Assembly: GCA_030867685.1 (NCBI GenBank)
Contig: JAQOWU010000001.1
Span: forward strand, 186,001-250,000
Reading direction: 5' to 3'
DNA from: Wickerhamiella versatilis
Taxonomy: Eukaryota
DNA: 64,000 bases
Part shown: piece after piece, positions 44,069 through 53,543 of the stretch
How the letters are laid out: the number at the start of each line of letters is the position of its first letter
Position numbering within the stretch: position 1 is the stretch's first letter
Made by a program: the position numbers and the translations under genes
Notes under the pieces: generated by a model
Told to the model about the DNA's origin: nothing
The model's database searches: none
What the model saw: the letters and a program-made list of their open reading frames with translations, nothing else

Positions 44069-46201
44069 ATGGCGAGGCCGACTAAAGAGCAGAGAAAAGT
44101 CAAACGCCAGTCCCAGGAGGCCGCATTCTTATCTATCCAGCAGCAGGTGAAAGAATTTAATGGAGATCCTAAGACATTCAGTGATCTCCCACTTAGTAGA
44201 TCAACTCAGCTTGGGTTACGCGGGGCTCACTACGTAAATCTCACTGATATCCAGAAGGAATGTATTATCCCTGCGTTGCAAGGACACGATATTTTAGTGG
44301 CAGCCCGTACTGGATCTGGAAAGACTCTAGGCTTTCTTGTTCCTATCCTGGAGAGACTGTGGGCGGAGCGTTGGAGCCAACCTGATGGACTTGGATGCTT
44401 GGTTATAACGCCGACGCGAGAGCTTGCGATACAAATTTTTGAGGCTTTGCGACGGATTGGAAACCACCATACTTTCAGTGCAGGGCTACTAATTGGCGGT
44501 AAAAATGTAAAAGAGGAAAAGGAAAGGGTTGGCCGATTGAATATCTTAGTCGCAACGCCGGGCAGACTCCTACAACATATGGACGAATCACCAATGTTTG
44601 ATACTACCAATCTCCAAATGTTGGTCCTTGATGAGGCGGACCGAATTCTTGATATGGGGTTCAAAAAAGCTTTGGATGCAATTGTCGCTAATTTGCCCCA
44701 GGAACGCCAAACCATGTTGTTCAGTGCGACACAAACCCGCAAGGTAAGTGATTTAGCTCGCTTGAGTTTGAATAACCCTCGATTTATTAGTGCGGGAGCT
44801 GTCGACAACTATGTGACAACTCCAAAGGAACTGGAGCAATATTTTACTGTGGTTTCGATTCCGGAAAAGCTTGATACGCTCTGGAGTTTCATTCGCTCAC
44901 ACACTCAGCAGAAGATATTGGTATTTTTCAGCTCGTCGAAGCAGGTGAGGTTTGTTTATGAAGCTTTCAGGCGACTTCAACCAGGAATACCGCTTTTGCA
45001 TTTGCACGGACGTCAGAAGCAGACAGCACGTCACGAGGCGACGAAAAGATTTTCAGGAAGCCGTTCAGCCTGCTTAATCGCCACAGATGTGGTTGCTCGT
45101 GGGATAGACTTCCCTCTTGTTGACTGGGTTGTTCAGGTAGATTGTCCAGAGGATAGTGCAACCTACGTACATCGTGTAGGCCGTTCAGCACGCGCCGGAA
45201 AACCTGGTAGAGCCCTTCTTTTCTTAACAGAGGAAGAGGAAGCTCCATTTATCTCAGAGTTGCGAGTGCGGAAAATAGAAGTTCAGAAGTTAGCGGTTCG
45301 AGCCTCTAAAAAGAACACAATTCAGCCAGATGTCCAAGCACAATGCTTTCATGATCCAGAGCTCAAGTACTTGGCTCAGAAAGCCTTTATATCTTATGTG
45401 CGTAGCATTTACCTGCAACCAAATAAGCAGGTATTTAATGTGAAGAATGTTCCATTAGAGGCATTTTCACAGTCTCTCGGACTTGCCAGTACACCACAGG
45501 TGAAAATTAAGGGCACTGGTGAGACAAGGAAGCAGCTTAAGAACCAACCACGAGCATTAATGGAACCGTCGGAGCCGAAGAAAGTTAGGACAACATATGA
45601 CCGGATATTCGAACGGCAGAACCAGGATGTACTCTCAGAGCACTACCAAAAACTTCACAAGAAGTCTGGAGCTGAGGATGATGAAGATAATGACGACTTC
45701 CTTTCTCTGAAACGGCAAGACCATACGCTCGACGAAGAAGCTACGAGGTTACAAGAAGATCCTCCGTCTCAGCGTGCATTGAAGAGGGCACTGTCGAAGA
45801 AACATAGCTCCAAAGGTAATCCAACCAAGCTGGTATTTGATGACGAGGGCGTATCACATCCACTATACGAATTTCAGAACGAGGCCGACTTTGAGAATGC
45901 TGGAAGTGCCGAGGAGCAACGTGCTAAGTTTGTGCAGGATGAAGCGATGGCCATGCTTGATCGTGATATGGAGGATAAGAGAGTAGTTAAAGAGAGAAAT
46001 GCCGAAAAGAAACGACTGCGCAAGGAAAAGGAGCGTCTTGCACAGGAAGATGAATTTTCGGAAGAGGAGGGACCAGATAGTGAACCTGAAGAATCTCAGC
46101 CTCAGTCCAAGCGACCGAAGGTAATGGAGGTTGAAGAACCAGAGACCCTAGAGGATCTCGAAGCACTTTCGCGTCAACTTATAAGTGGACGGTCCTCATG
46201 A
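44069..46201 (+). CDS. DBP4: DEAD-box RNA helicase Dbp4/Hca4
   Basis: ARTGSGKT, PTRELAIQ, DEAD, SAT, HRVGRSAR, YLAQKAFISY. Confidence 0.94.
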   Translation: MARPTKEQRKVKRQSQEAAFLSIQQQVKEFNGDPKTFSDLPLSRSTQLGLRGAHYVNLTDIQKECIIPALQGHDILVAARTGSGKTLGFLVPILERLWAERWSQPDGLGCLVITPTRELAIQIFEALRRIGNHHTFSAGLLIGGKNVKEEKERVGRLNILVATPGRLLQHMDESPMFDTTNLQMLVLDEADRILDMGFKKALDAIVANLPQERQTMLFSATQTRKVSDLARLSLNNPRFISAGAVDNYVTTPKELEQYFTVVSIPEKLDTLWSFIRSHTQQKILVFFSSSKQVRFVYEAFRRLQPGIPLLHLHGRQKQTARHEATKRFSGSRSACLIATDVVARGIDFPLVDWVVQVDCPEDSATYVHRVGRSARAGKPGRALLFLTEEEEAPFISELRVRKIEVQKLAVRASKKNTIQPDVQAQCFHDPELKYLAQKAFISYVRSIYLQPNKQVFNVKNVPLEAFSQSLGLASTPQVKIKGTGETRKQLKNQPRALMEPSEPKKVRTTYDRIFERQNQDVLSEHYQKLHKKSGAEDDEDNDDFLSLKRQDHTLDEEATRLQEDPPSQRALKRALSKKHSSKGNPTKLVFDDEGVSHPLYEFQNEADFENAGSAEEQRAKFVQDEAMAMLDRDMEDKRVVKERNAEKKRLRKEKERLAQEDEFSEEEGPDSEPEESQPQSKRPKVMEVEEPETLEDLEALSRQLISGRSS

Positions 46202-46313
46202 AGGCATGTGGAACATTGAACACTTGTAGATAATTGCATTTTGAGAAACCTAACAACCTTAAGATCCCATTAAAAAAGTAGTTTGTTGGTTCTAACTTAT
46301 ATACTCAAAAAAT

Positions 46314-47879
46314 CTAATCTTGATCCCAATCACCACCCTGTTTAGGAATATCTGGACCACCTGCCCGTCGAGCTACCACAACCTGGTCAACAGAAAGGAC
46401 AGTAACAGCTGCTTCTGCAGCAAGTCTCAAAGCAGACTTCTTAGTAGCGAATGAATCAACTATGTCTGTAGAGAGGTCGTTACGAGAGTACCTGGCGTAA
46501 AGCTGAGATAGAACCTCCTGGGCGTCCTCACCTGCGTTGTCTGCCAAGGACCTTGGGACCACTTCTAGTGCTTCTGCAAATTTCTTGATTGCATGTTGAC
46601 GTACCCCAGGTGTCTTTTCACCCTCCTGTGTAACAGCAGATGCCAATGAAATTTCGCTATAGCCTGAACCAGGTACTAGGCGTGGATCAATTGTTAATGT
46701 TTTGACTACTGCCACAGCCTGTTGAAGTACCCTGTCGATATCATCAAGACTAGACTGTGTTGCACCACGTAGCACTATGGTAGCTGTTCGCGTGCTAGAC
46801 TGGGTCTGCTCAAAAATGGTCACCCGGTCACCGCCGATCTCTTTAATGCTTACTTGGTCAACAAATCCGAGCTGGTCAGCTGGTGGAACACAAAGTTTTG
46901 GCTGAGGAGCAGCTCCTGTCACTCTGCAGAGTCGTTGCAAGTCAAATTTTGAAGGGACCCTGTGCACCAGAATTCCATAACGGCTAAGATAGTACAACAT
47001 TACCTGGCCCACTCCAGATCCAGCAACCACAACGCCAACACCGGCAGATGCAAGCTTAGAGACGAAATTGTCAATTTGCTTTTCCTCGTCCTTTGAAAAA
47101 GACATCAACTCTGAGGCATTGTGAAGAAGAACTGTTCCCTTAGTCTCGGTGGTAGCGATATCTACTGGTGCAGTAAAAACAGCCACTTTGGCCGAAGTCG
47201 CACTTTTCACACTCCCTTCAGGAGCCACAGGGAAAACAAGACCCTTCAAGACTTGGCTCATCTCCAAAGAAGCGCCTAAAATTTTAACGACACGTATGTT
47301 ATCGACGTCGAATTTTCTTCTGTCCGACGGTATAACAACATTTACAGCCTCGGAAACCAGTGGCGCGAGAACATCTGCATTGTCGGCAAGCTTAGATGCA
47401 ATGACTGGTTTTATAGCTTTTTCCCATTCGGTGCTAGTGGCTTCTCCACATATTAACTTCGGCAGCGAAGATTCAGCTATCTTTGAAGCAACCTCAAAAC
47501 CTTCCACGACTTCAGAAGGAGACATGCCAATACGCAACAGGTCCTCCGCCTTTGCCACAAGTTCACCCACCAATATGAGTGTCAGAGAAGAGCCATCACC
47601 ACAATCTGCAGCCTGCTGCTGTGCAGCCATCACTACTAGTTTAGCTGCTGGGTGTACAGTCTCCATTTCTCTCAACATAGTAGCTGCATCCGAGGTAAGA
47701 AATGTCTTGCCTAGCCGATTCACGATAATCTTTGCTCGGCCGTCGGGACCAAAACTGGTCTTCATCATTGATGCAAGCTCTCTTACAGCAAGTAAATGCT
47801 GAGCACTGTCGCTCTTGTAGCTCGTGTATCCATTTTTAAACAGACCACTACTAGGATCTGAGGGCAGCGCTGCAGGCAT
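46314..47879 (-). CDS. CCT8: Chaperonin CCT theta subunit
   Basis: LFKNGY, TSDAATMLRE, TETKGTVLLHNA, SKFDLQRLC, C-terminal DWDQD. Confidence 0.92.
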   Translation of the reverse strand: MPAALPSDPSSGLFKNGYTSYKSDSAQHLLAVRELASMMKTSFGPDGRAKIIVNRLGKTFLTSDAATMLREMETVHPAAKLVVMAAQQQAADCGDGSSLTLILVGELVAKAEDLLRIGMSPSEVVEGFEVASKIAESSLPKLICGEATSTEWEKAIKPVIASKLADNADVLAPLVSEAVNVVIPSDRRKFDVDNIRVVKILGASLEMSQVLKGLVFPVAPEGSVKSATSAKVAVFTAPVDIATTETKGTVLLHNASELMSFSKDEEKQIDNFVSKLASAGVGVVVAGSGVGQVMLYYLSRYGILVHRVPSKFDLQRLCRVTGAAPQPKLCVPPADQLGFVDQVSIKEIGGDRVTIFEQTQSSTRTATIVLRGATQSSLDDIDRVLQQAVAVVKTLTIDPRLVPGSGYSEISLASAVTQEGEKTPGVRQHAIKKFAEALEVVPRSLADNAGEDAQEVLSQLYARYSRNDLSTDIVDSFATKKSALRLAAEAAVTVLSVDQVVVARRAGGPDIPKQGGDWDQD

Positions 47880-47898
47880 TTGTGACTAAGCCTGACCT

Positions 47899-49980
47899 AT
47901 GGATCCGTGGGCATCTATAAACTCGGTATTGCCCACGCCGGAGGCCTTAGAAAAGGATGGTAATAGTGCAAGAGAGTCTGCATTAAAACTGGAAACTTAT
48001 CTATGTCAACAGATACGCAACAGTAAGCCGACGGAAGAGTCACTAGCTCGGATCGCAGAGGGTCCTGGCCAGCTTCAAGACTTAGTTAAAAAAGCAGCGG
48101 ACATCCATGCTGTGGGATATGATGCCTTGACTCGGGTTGATGGTGTTACTCATGAGATTAAGCGGCTGGATCGTACAAAGGAGAATCTCACCCAGACTAT
48201 TCGCATGCTACGACAGTTTCGAATGTTGTCAAAGCTGGCTACCCAGTTGCAACAGCTGTTGAAGGCAAAAAGATATGATGAGATACCTGCATGTGTTGGT
48301 GCAGCTTCTGATCTGGCTACTTTTTTTAAGCCATTCAGAAGCTTACCACGTGTTGCCGAGCTCAGCCAACAAGTTACAGCCTTAGAAAACGAGTTATTTC
48401 AAAATGTCTGCGATGATCTAGTCCATGCAGTACATAATTCTCGTGGTGATCTTAAAAGTGGCATACAGTCTATAGCAGCTTTGAGGAAGGAAGACTACAA
48501 GGATCAGCTTATGCGTAAGTATGCTGATACTATGCTGGCTGAATACCGGCGGATTTTTGGAATTTCTGACGAAGCGGGGAGCCTGGAGAATGTAAAGCAG
48601 CGGTATACATACCTTCGAAAAATCATTTTCACGAGACACGAGCTGTTTGACTACTGGTTCCCAAATGAATGGAATGTACGGGACTTCTTGATCTCCACAG
48701 CCCTATCTCAGACTAGGAGCGACATTATTGCTGGCCTTAAATCACTCAAGTTTGAAACTGAGCATGATATTCAGGTTCTTGTTTCATCATTGGCAGAAAC
48801 CAGGGAGTTTGAGGTACCATTAAGGACAAGGAAACTTAGTGAACTTTACACTCCCTTTTTAGAACACTGGGTTGAATTTCAGGATCATCAAATTGAGAAT
48901 GCTATCAAACAATATCGTCGCCAGCCAGCTATTGGAAGTGAATCAGAGGTATTTCAATCCTCTACGGACCTGGTTCACATTTACCGTGCATTGCTACAGC
49001 AAATGCAACGCATGTCCTCAGGACCTCCTCTTCTTTCACTAGGTCGTGTGTTCAGTCATTGGTTCAAACGTTACTGCGACGATATACTTGGCGGTTCGAC
49101 TAAGAACCCACGTCGCGTTGCGCTTACTGCACACTATCTCCAGACTACTGTTACACAACTAGAGTCAGCGATCAGTGAAAGTCTCGATGAGAAATTAAGA
49201 GATGAGCTTGATATTAGTTCTTGCCGTTCACGAATGGCTAGCTACTTAGATGCAGCTGTAGAGACCCTGGCGGTAAGATCTGCAGATCAGGTTGAGAAAG
49301 GCTGGATCGACATGGCGCAGGCCAACTGGAGAGGCAGAAATGATGTAGATGGAAGTGCGCAGCCGTATGTTGCAACTATCTCTGTTGAGCTTGAAACATC
49401 AATGCGGAAGGCAATGACTGGGTTTGAAAATGCACCAGGTACTATATATCATCTCTGCGTCCGTGTGGTAGAGATCATTTGCGTGAATTTTCTGGCAACA
49501 GGTCTCCGTGCAGCAAAGCCTGTGTCAGAATTGAGCGCTGAACAGTTATTATTGGATTTCAGTGCACTTAAGAAGACGTTGACAGGATTACCCAACTTGG
49601 TTGAACACTCAGAGTCCGTGCGACTGAAGCGCTTTCCTGAGACCGTTCATCGCACTTTAGATGAGACGGAGGCTATCATCAAGACGTTAATGGGAAGTCC
49701 CGAACCCCAGGATGCTTTCGTGCGCCAATATATAACCCTTGTGAAAGACAGAAGCCCTGCAAATTTCCGCAAGGTTGCTGAGGCCAAAGGATTGCGATAT
49801 CAGCCTATGGCAGTTGAGAATTTCAAGCTGCTGGCTTCACAAGACCCTAATCTGATAAAACAGTCACCCCTCCTCCCCCAGATATCTCTAATACCTCCTG
49901 CCGTGGAACGCCCTGAATCACCAGGTATGTTCCGGGAGAATTTTCGACGCATTGGTGAACTGCTCCGACCGAGTGGCTAA
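47899..49980 (+). CDS. VPS53: GARP complex subunit Vps53
   Basis: IKRLDRTKENLT, EAGSLENV, FPNEW, SSTDL, AEQLLLD. Confidence 0.85.
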   Translation: MDPWASINSVLPTPEALEKDGNSARESALKLETYLCQQIRNSKPTEESLARIAEGPGQLQDLVKKAADIHAVGYDALTRVDGVTHEIKRLDRTKENLTQTIRMLRQFRMLSKLATQLQQLLKAKRYDEIPACVGAASDLATFFKPFRSLPRVAELSQQVTALENELFQNVCDDLVHAVHNSRGDLKSGIQSIAALRKEDYKDQLMRKYADTMLAEYRRIFGISDEAGSLENVKQRYTYLRKIIFTRHELFDYWFPNEWNVRDFLISTALSQTRSDIIAGLKSLKFETEHDIQVLVSSLAETREFEVPLRTRKLSELYTPFLEHWVEFQDHQIENAIKQYRRQPAIGSESEVFQSSTDLVHIYRALLQQMQRMSSGPPLLSLGRVFSHWFKRYCDDILGGSTKNPRRVALTAHYLQTTVTQLESAISESLDEKLRDELDISSCRSRMASYLDAAVETLAVRSADQVEKGWIDMAQANWRGRNDVDGSAQPYVATISVELETSMRKAMTGFENAPGTIYHLCVRVVEIICVNFLATGLRAAKPVSELSAEQLLLDFSALKKTLTGLPNLVEHSESVRLKRFPETVHRTLDETEAIIKTLMGSPEPQDAFVRQYITLVKDRSPANFRKVAEAKGLRYQPMAVENFKLLASQDPNLIKQSPLLPQISLIPPAVERPESPGMFRENFRRIGELLRPSG

Positions 49981-50116
49981 AATATTTATTTTCTAGCATT
50001 TAATCTCACTGTACAATTAATGTAAGATAAGCTAAACGTGGCCGTCTGATTTAAAAAAAAACGATGTAATATACTTTACATTCAGAATGAAGTCAAATAA
50101 CCTATTCCTAAGCAAT

Positions 50117-51334
50117 CTACTTGTAGAATTCAAACTTGTCGGCCTCACTACCGGTTTTAACTTGCGACGAGTAAGCTTCCTCTAGATCCTGCTGTAAGAT
50201 GATGTAGCGGTTTTTCCTGACAGCTCTCAAACCTGCATCTTGCATTATAGCAGCAATAACGGCACCACTTAGAGGATCGTTTCTCATGACAAGCACATCT
50301 AAATCAGCCTCTGGGGCAAGACTCATCTTAGACGCAATCGTTGTGAAGATAAGTCGGCGCTCACGGCGGTCCCTTAGATTGGGGAACTCGATTTTTCGAT
50401 CTAGACGCCCAGGGCGCATTAGTGCTGGGTCAAGAGTGTCAGCCCGGTTAGTTGCCATAATTACCTTTACGTTTTCTGCTTGGTCGAAACCATCCATTTG
50501 ATTGAGAAGCTCAAGAAGAATACGTTGGACCTCACGATCCGCACCAGTCTGTGCATCAAATCGCTTTGTCGCAATGGCATCAATTTCATCAATAAAGATA
50601 ATGGCCGGGGAGTTCTCACGAGCCAGTCGAAACACATCACGTACCATCCGAGGACCCTCACCGAGGTACTTTTGTACAAACTCAGATCCGACAACGCGAA
50701 TGAAGGAGGCATGGGTGTTGTTTGCCACAGCCTTCACCAACATTGTTTTGCCTGTACCCGGTGGTCCAAACAAGAGTACACCACGGGGTGGATCAATACC
50801 AATCTGCTTGTAAAGATCAAACTCAGTGAGTGGTAGCTCCACTGCCTCCCTGATTTCCTGCTTTTGCATATCCAAACCACCGACGTCGGCATATGACACG
50901 TCAGGCTTCTCGTCTGCCCCGAGCATTGAGATACTGGAGTCTGCCTCAGGTGGAAGGATGTCCACTAGTGCATTCGAGTGCCTGTGTAATGCCACAGAAG
51001 TAGATGCTTTGAGAAGCTCCTTGTCGAGAGTGGAAAGAATGCGGACTGCGTAGTTCGACCCCGTTGTCGATGAAACAATCCCTGAGTTCTGATCAATAGC
51101 TTCTAGAAACTGGCCAAGCACAAGAGGTACACTTTGGATGCGCTTAACCTCTTCCTGGGCGCGAATCAACTCACGCTTGAGGTGCCGCTGCTCATCTTTA
51201 ATAAAGTCCTCCTGTAGCGCCAAGAGTTCCAGTTCATGCTCCAGCACTTTCAACCTCACATACTCATTGGTTGTCGTCTCACCAGTGGCTGTGTGGGCAT
51301 GTGCGGCCGGCGCAACAATACCCAGTTCCTCCAT
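50117..51334 (-). CDS. RPT3: 26S proteasome AAA ATPase Rpt3
   Basis: MEELGI start, [19 protein letters not shown]-terminal HbYX tail FEFYK. Confidence 0.97.
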   Translation of the reverse strand: MEELGIVAPAAHAHTATGETTTNEYVRLKVLEHELELLALQEDFIKDEQRHLKRELIRAQEEVKRIQSVPLVLGQFLEAIDQNSGIVSSTTGSNYAVRILSTLDKELLKASTSVALHRHSNALVDILPPEADSSISMLGADEKPDVSYADVGGLDMQKQEIREAVELPLTEFDLYKQIGIDPPRGVLLFGPPGTGKTMLVKAVANNTHASFIRVVGSEFVQKYLGEGPRMVRDVFRLARENSPAIIFIDEIDAIATKRFDAQTGADREVQRILLELLNQMDGFDQAENVKVIMATNRADTLDPALMRPGRLDRKIEFPNLRDRRERRLIFTTIASKMSLAPEADLDVLVMRNDPLSGAVIAAIMQDAGLRAVRKNRYIILQQDLEEAYSSQVKTGSEADKFEFYK

Positions 51335-51362
51335 GGCTGTTGAATATTGATGACAAACCGAT

Positions 51363-51371
51363 GGTGGCAAG
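51363..51371. promoter_or_regulatory. PACE-like (Rpn4) element GGTGGCAAG upstream of RPT3
   Basis: 8/9 match to GGTGGCAAA about 30 bp upstream of a proteasome gene. Confidence 0.5.
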
Positions 51372-51781
51372 GACGGATACTTTTGGGGAAGGCCTGTAGG
51401 TTATATGATTGAGATTGATATATGTATTTAGTCTAATATATCCAAATAATGCAACATAAAATACCATTGGGTTTCTCGTACCCTAGATGTGCGCTGGAGT
51501 GATCCGGTGAAATGCAATATGCTTATTGTATGGTCTGAATTAGCAGCCACTTGCTTCTTTTCAATTCTTTTTCAGCTTGAAGTTCATTGCAAACTCTTTT
51601 AAGAAGCAGCCCAACCATATAAATACAACTTTATGGCTAAACTAAGCCAAGCGAGTCGTTATCGTTGTGGGCTATCAGGGAAGGGGATTTCCTGAGAGCT
51701 ATTCACTTTGAGGAATTAGACATGTGAGCACCAATAAAGATACCAGTGATAAATAATTACAGTGATTTCTCAAGCGAGGCT

Positions 51782-52267
51782 TCAAGGTATCGTTATTATC
51801 AACTCTGCATTTCCAATTAACAACACATCCTGATCAAGAACTTCTACGAACTTATCAGGTTCGAGATCCTTCCCACTTAAGCATACATAGCCATCCAAAG
51901 CGGTCACATAGAGTCCAGGCTCGCGGTTGTGAGGCTTTCTAAACTGCAAAGCAGCATGATAAACGCATGCGCCCGGAATTGAAATATCGCGTCCTAGAAT
52001 GTAATTACTCCGGCTTAAGGACTGCAAGCTTGTGAGATTTCCGTTTTGAAGTATATGTAATTTGGGGGAAGGTAATAAAGCGTTGCATCGATCTAAGGGC
52101 TCGCTATACCTGGGTTTGACTGGTAAGAGGCCTTTCTGTATAGCATCTTCCTCAAGTATTCCACTAAGACCATAATTAGGGCGCTCAATAACTGCATGGA
52201 AACGCTTAGCTGTGCCCTTTTTGATCCTTCCCTCTGCACTCTGCCGGACACCGCTTCGCGGCGCCAT
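51782..52267 (-). CDS. Pml1/SNIP1-like FHA-domain protein (diverged)
   Basis: PNYGLSGIL, YSEP, YILGRD, HAALQFR. Confidence 0.6.
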   Translation of the reverse strand: MAPRSGVRQSAEGRIKKGTAKRFHAVIERPNYGLSGILEEDAIQKGLLPVKPRYSEPLDRCNALLPSPKLHILQNGNLTSLQSLSRSNYILGRDISIPGACVYHAALQFRKPHNREPGLYVTALDGYVCLSGKDLEPDKFVEVLDQDVLLIGNAELIITIP

Positions 52268-52411
52268 TATCGATTACTTCAGCGCGATCCACTTGCCTTA
52301 AGTGGTACCACAATTGGAAAGTAACATTATGCATTATGAGGATTGCATCCTTATCTATACATTAATTAATTAGCTATTTTATTTTATGCTTGCACTTTTA
52401 TAAAAAAAATA

Positions 52412-53494
52412 TTACTCGTCATTCTTGTCAGAGTTCTTGTCATTGTCAGAATCATCAGAACCGATTGAATCGTCGTCCACAAAATTTTCCTCGTCCTCAT
52501 AGAGATATTTAGGTAAATACCCACCAAGTTCTATACAGCGACGGAAAAAAGAGTATGTGCGAGCCCTGTCGTCAGGATTGAGTTTCATATAGGTCATTCC
52601 GGCCAGGCACCAAATCATCGGATTTGAATAATAGAGTGATTGCATCGATGCCCCCTCTGCACGCTCAAAAGCCGCCTTCACATCGCCTGCATCCATCTTA
52701 ATGAGGATATCTGAAATTACATACTCGTTTGAGGCCTTTTCATCTTTGGCATGGACGATAGCCCAATCCAAAAACCTAGTTTGCAGTGTACCCGGATGTT
52801 GACCGGTTTTTTTCTCACGCCATGCTAACAGTTTCAACGCCACAGTCCATAATTTGCGGATTTCTATGTATGGTTCGCGAATAAGAACACAGAATACCCG
52901 CCATGCTCGGGCCAGATCACCACGATCTAAAAGGACATACAACAGCGTTGTCATTATTTGTTGACTGCGTCTTCTATTCAGAATACGCTGCCAGTCATCA
53001 TGATATTGGCACAATTCTATATTAATTCCTGGAACATAGTTGGTTCTTTGAAGGAAGTCTCGGGTTTTCCTGGACAGCCTCGGGTTGTCAACAAGTTCTT
53101 GCGTATATGGAGAGTCAGCAATGAGCCTAGGCTCACATTTATTTCGTGGCAGATTTTCGAGACCTGCACGCAGTACGTATGCTCTCCGCTGTGCAGTTGG
53201 TGCACGATTGGTCAGAGGGTCAACATCAAAGTCATATACTCGCCGCATTGGTCTCCAATGGCCCTGCTGTGCTGCATATTGTGTTGCAGCATCCCCAACA
53301 ACATTTCCCTGGTCGTCGTACAAGTTCTGAGTACCTAGTCCAACTGACCCCCCTTCCTCGCGGTGCTCAGTCAATCCACCAGCAATCCCCTCTCGGGCTT
53401 CTCTCCGCTCCTCCAACCTAATAAGTCCACGGGTACGAGACTTTACAGAAACCACGCTATCATCGTAGTATTCTACAAAGGCCGATTTAAACAT
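52412..53494 (-). CDS. RRN11: RNA polymerase I core factor subunit Rrn11-like
   Basis: MTTLLYVLLDRGDLARAWRVFCVLIR...IEIRKLW, TPR-like helices, acidic tail. Confidence 0.65.
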   Translation of the reverse strand: MFKSAFVEYYDDSVVSVKSRTRGLIRLEERREAREGIAGGLTEHREEGGSVGLGTQNLYDDQGNVVGDAATQYAAQQGHWRPMRRVYDFDVDPLTNRAPTAQRRAYVLRAGLENLPRNKCEPRLIADSPYTQELVDNPRLSRKTRDFLQRTNYVPGINIELCQYHDDWQRILNRRRSQQIMTTLLYVLLDRGDLARAWRVFCVLIREPYIEIRKLWTVALKLLAWREKKTGQHPGTLQTRFLDWAIVHAKDEKASNEYVISDILIKMDAGDVKAAFERAEGASMQSLYYSNPMIWCLAGMTYMKLNPDDRARTYSFFRRCIELGGYLPKYLYEDEENFVDDDSIGSDDSDNDKNSDKNDE

Positions 53495-53543
53495 TGCATG
53501 GTAATTATAGGATTATTAATAATTAATATATATGTCGAACTAA

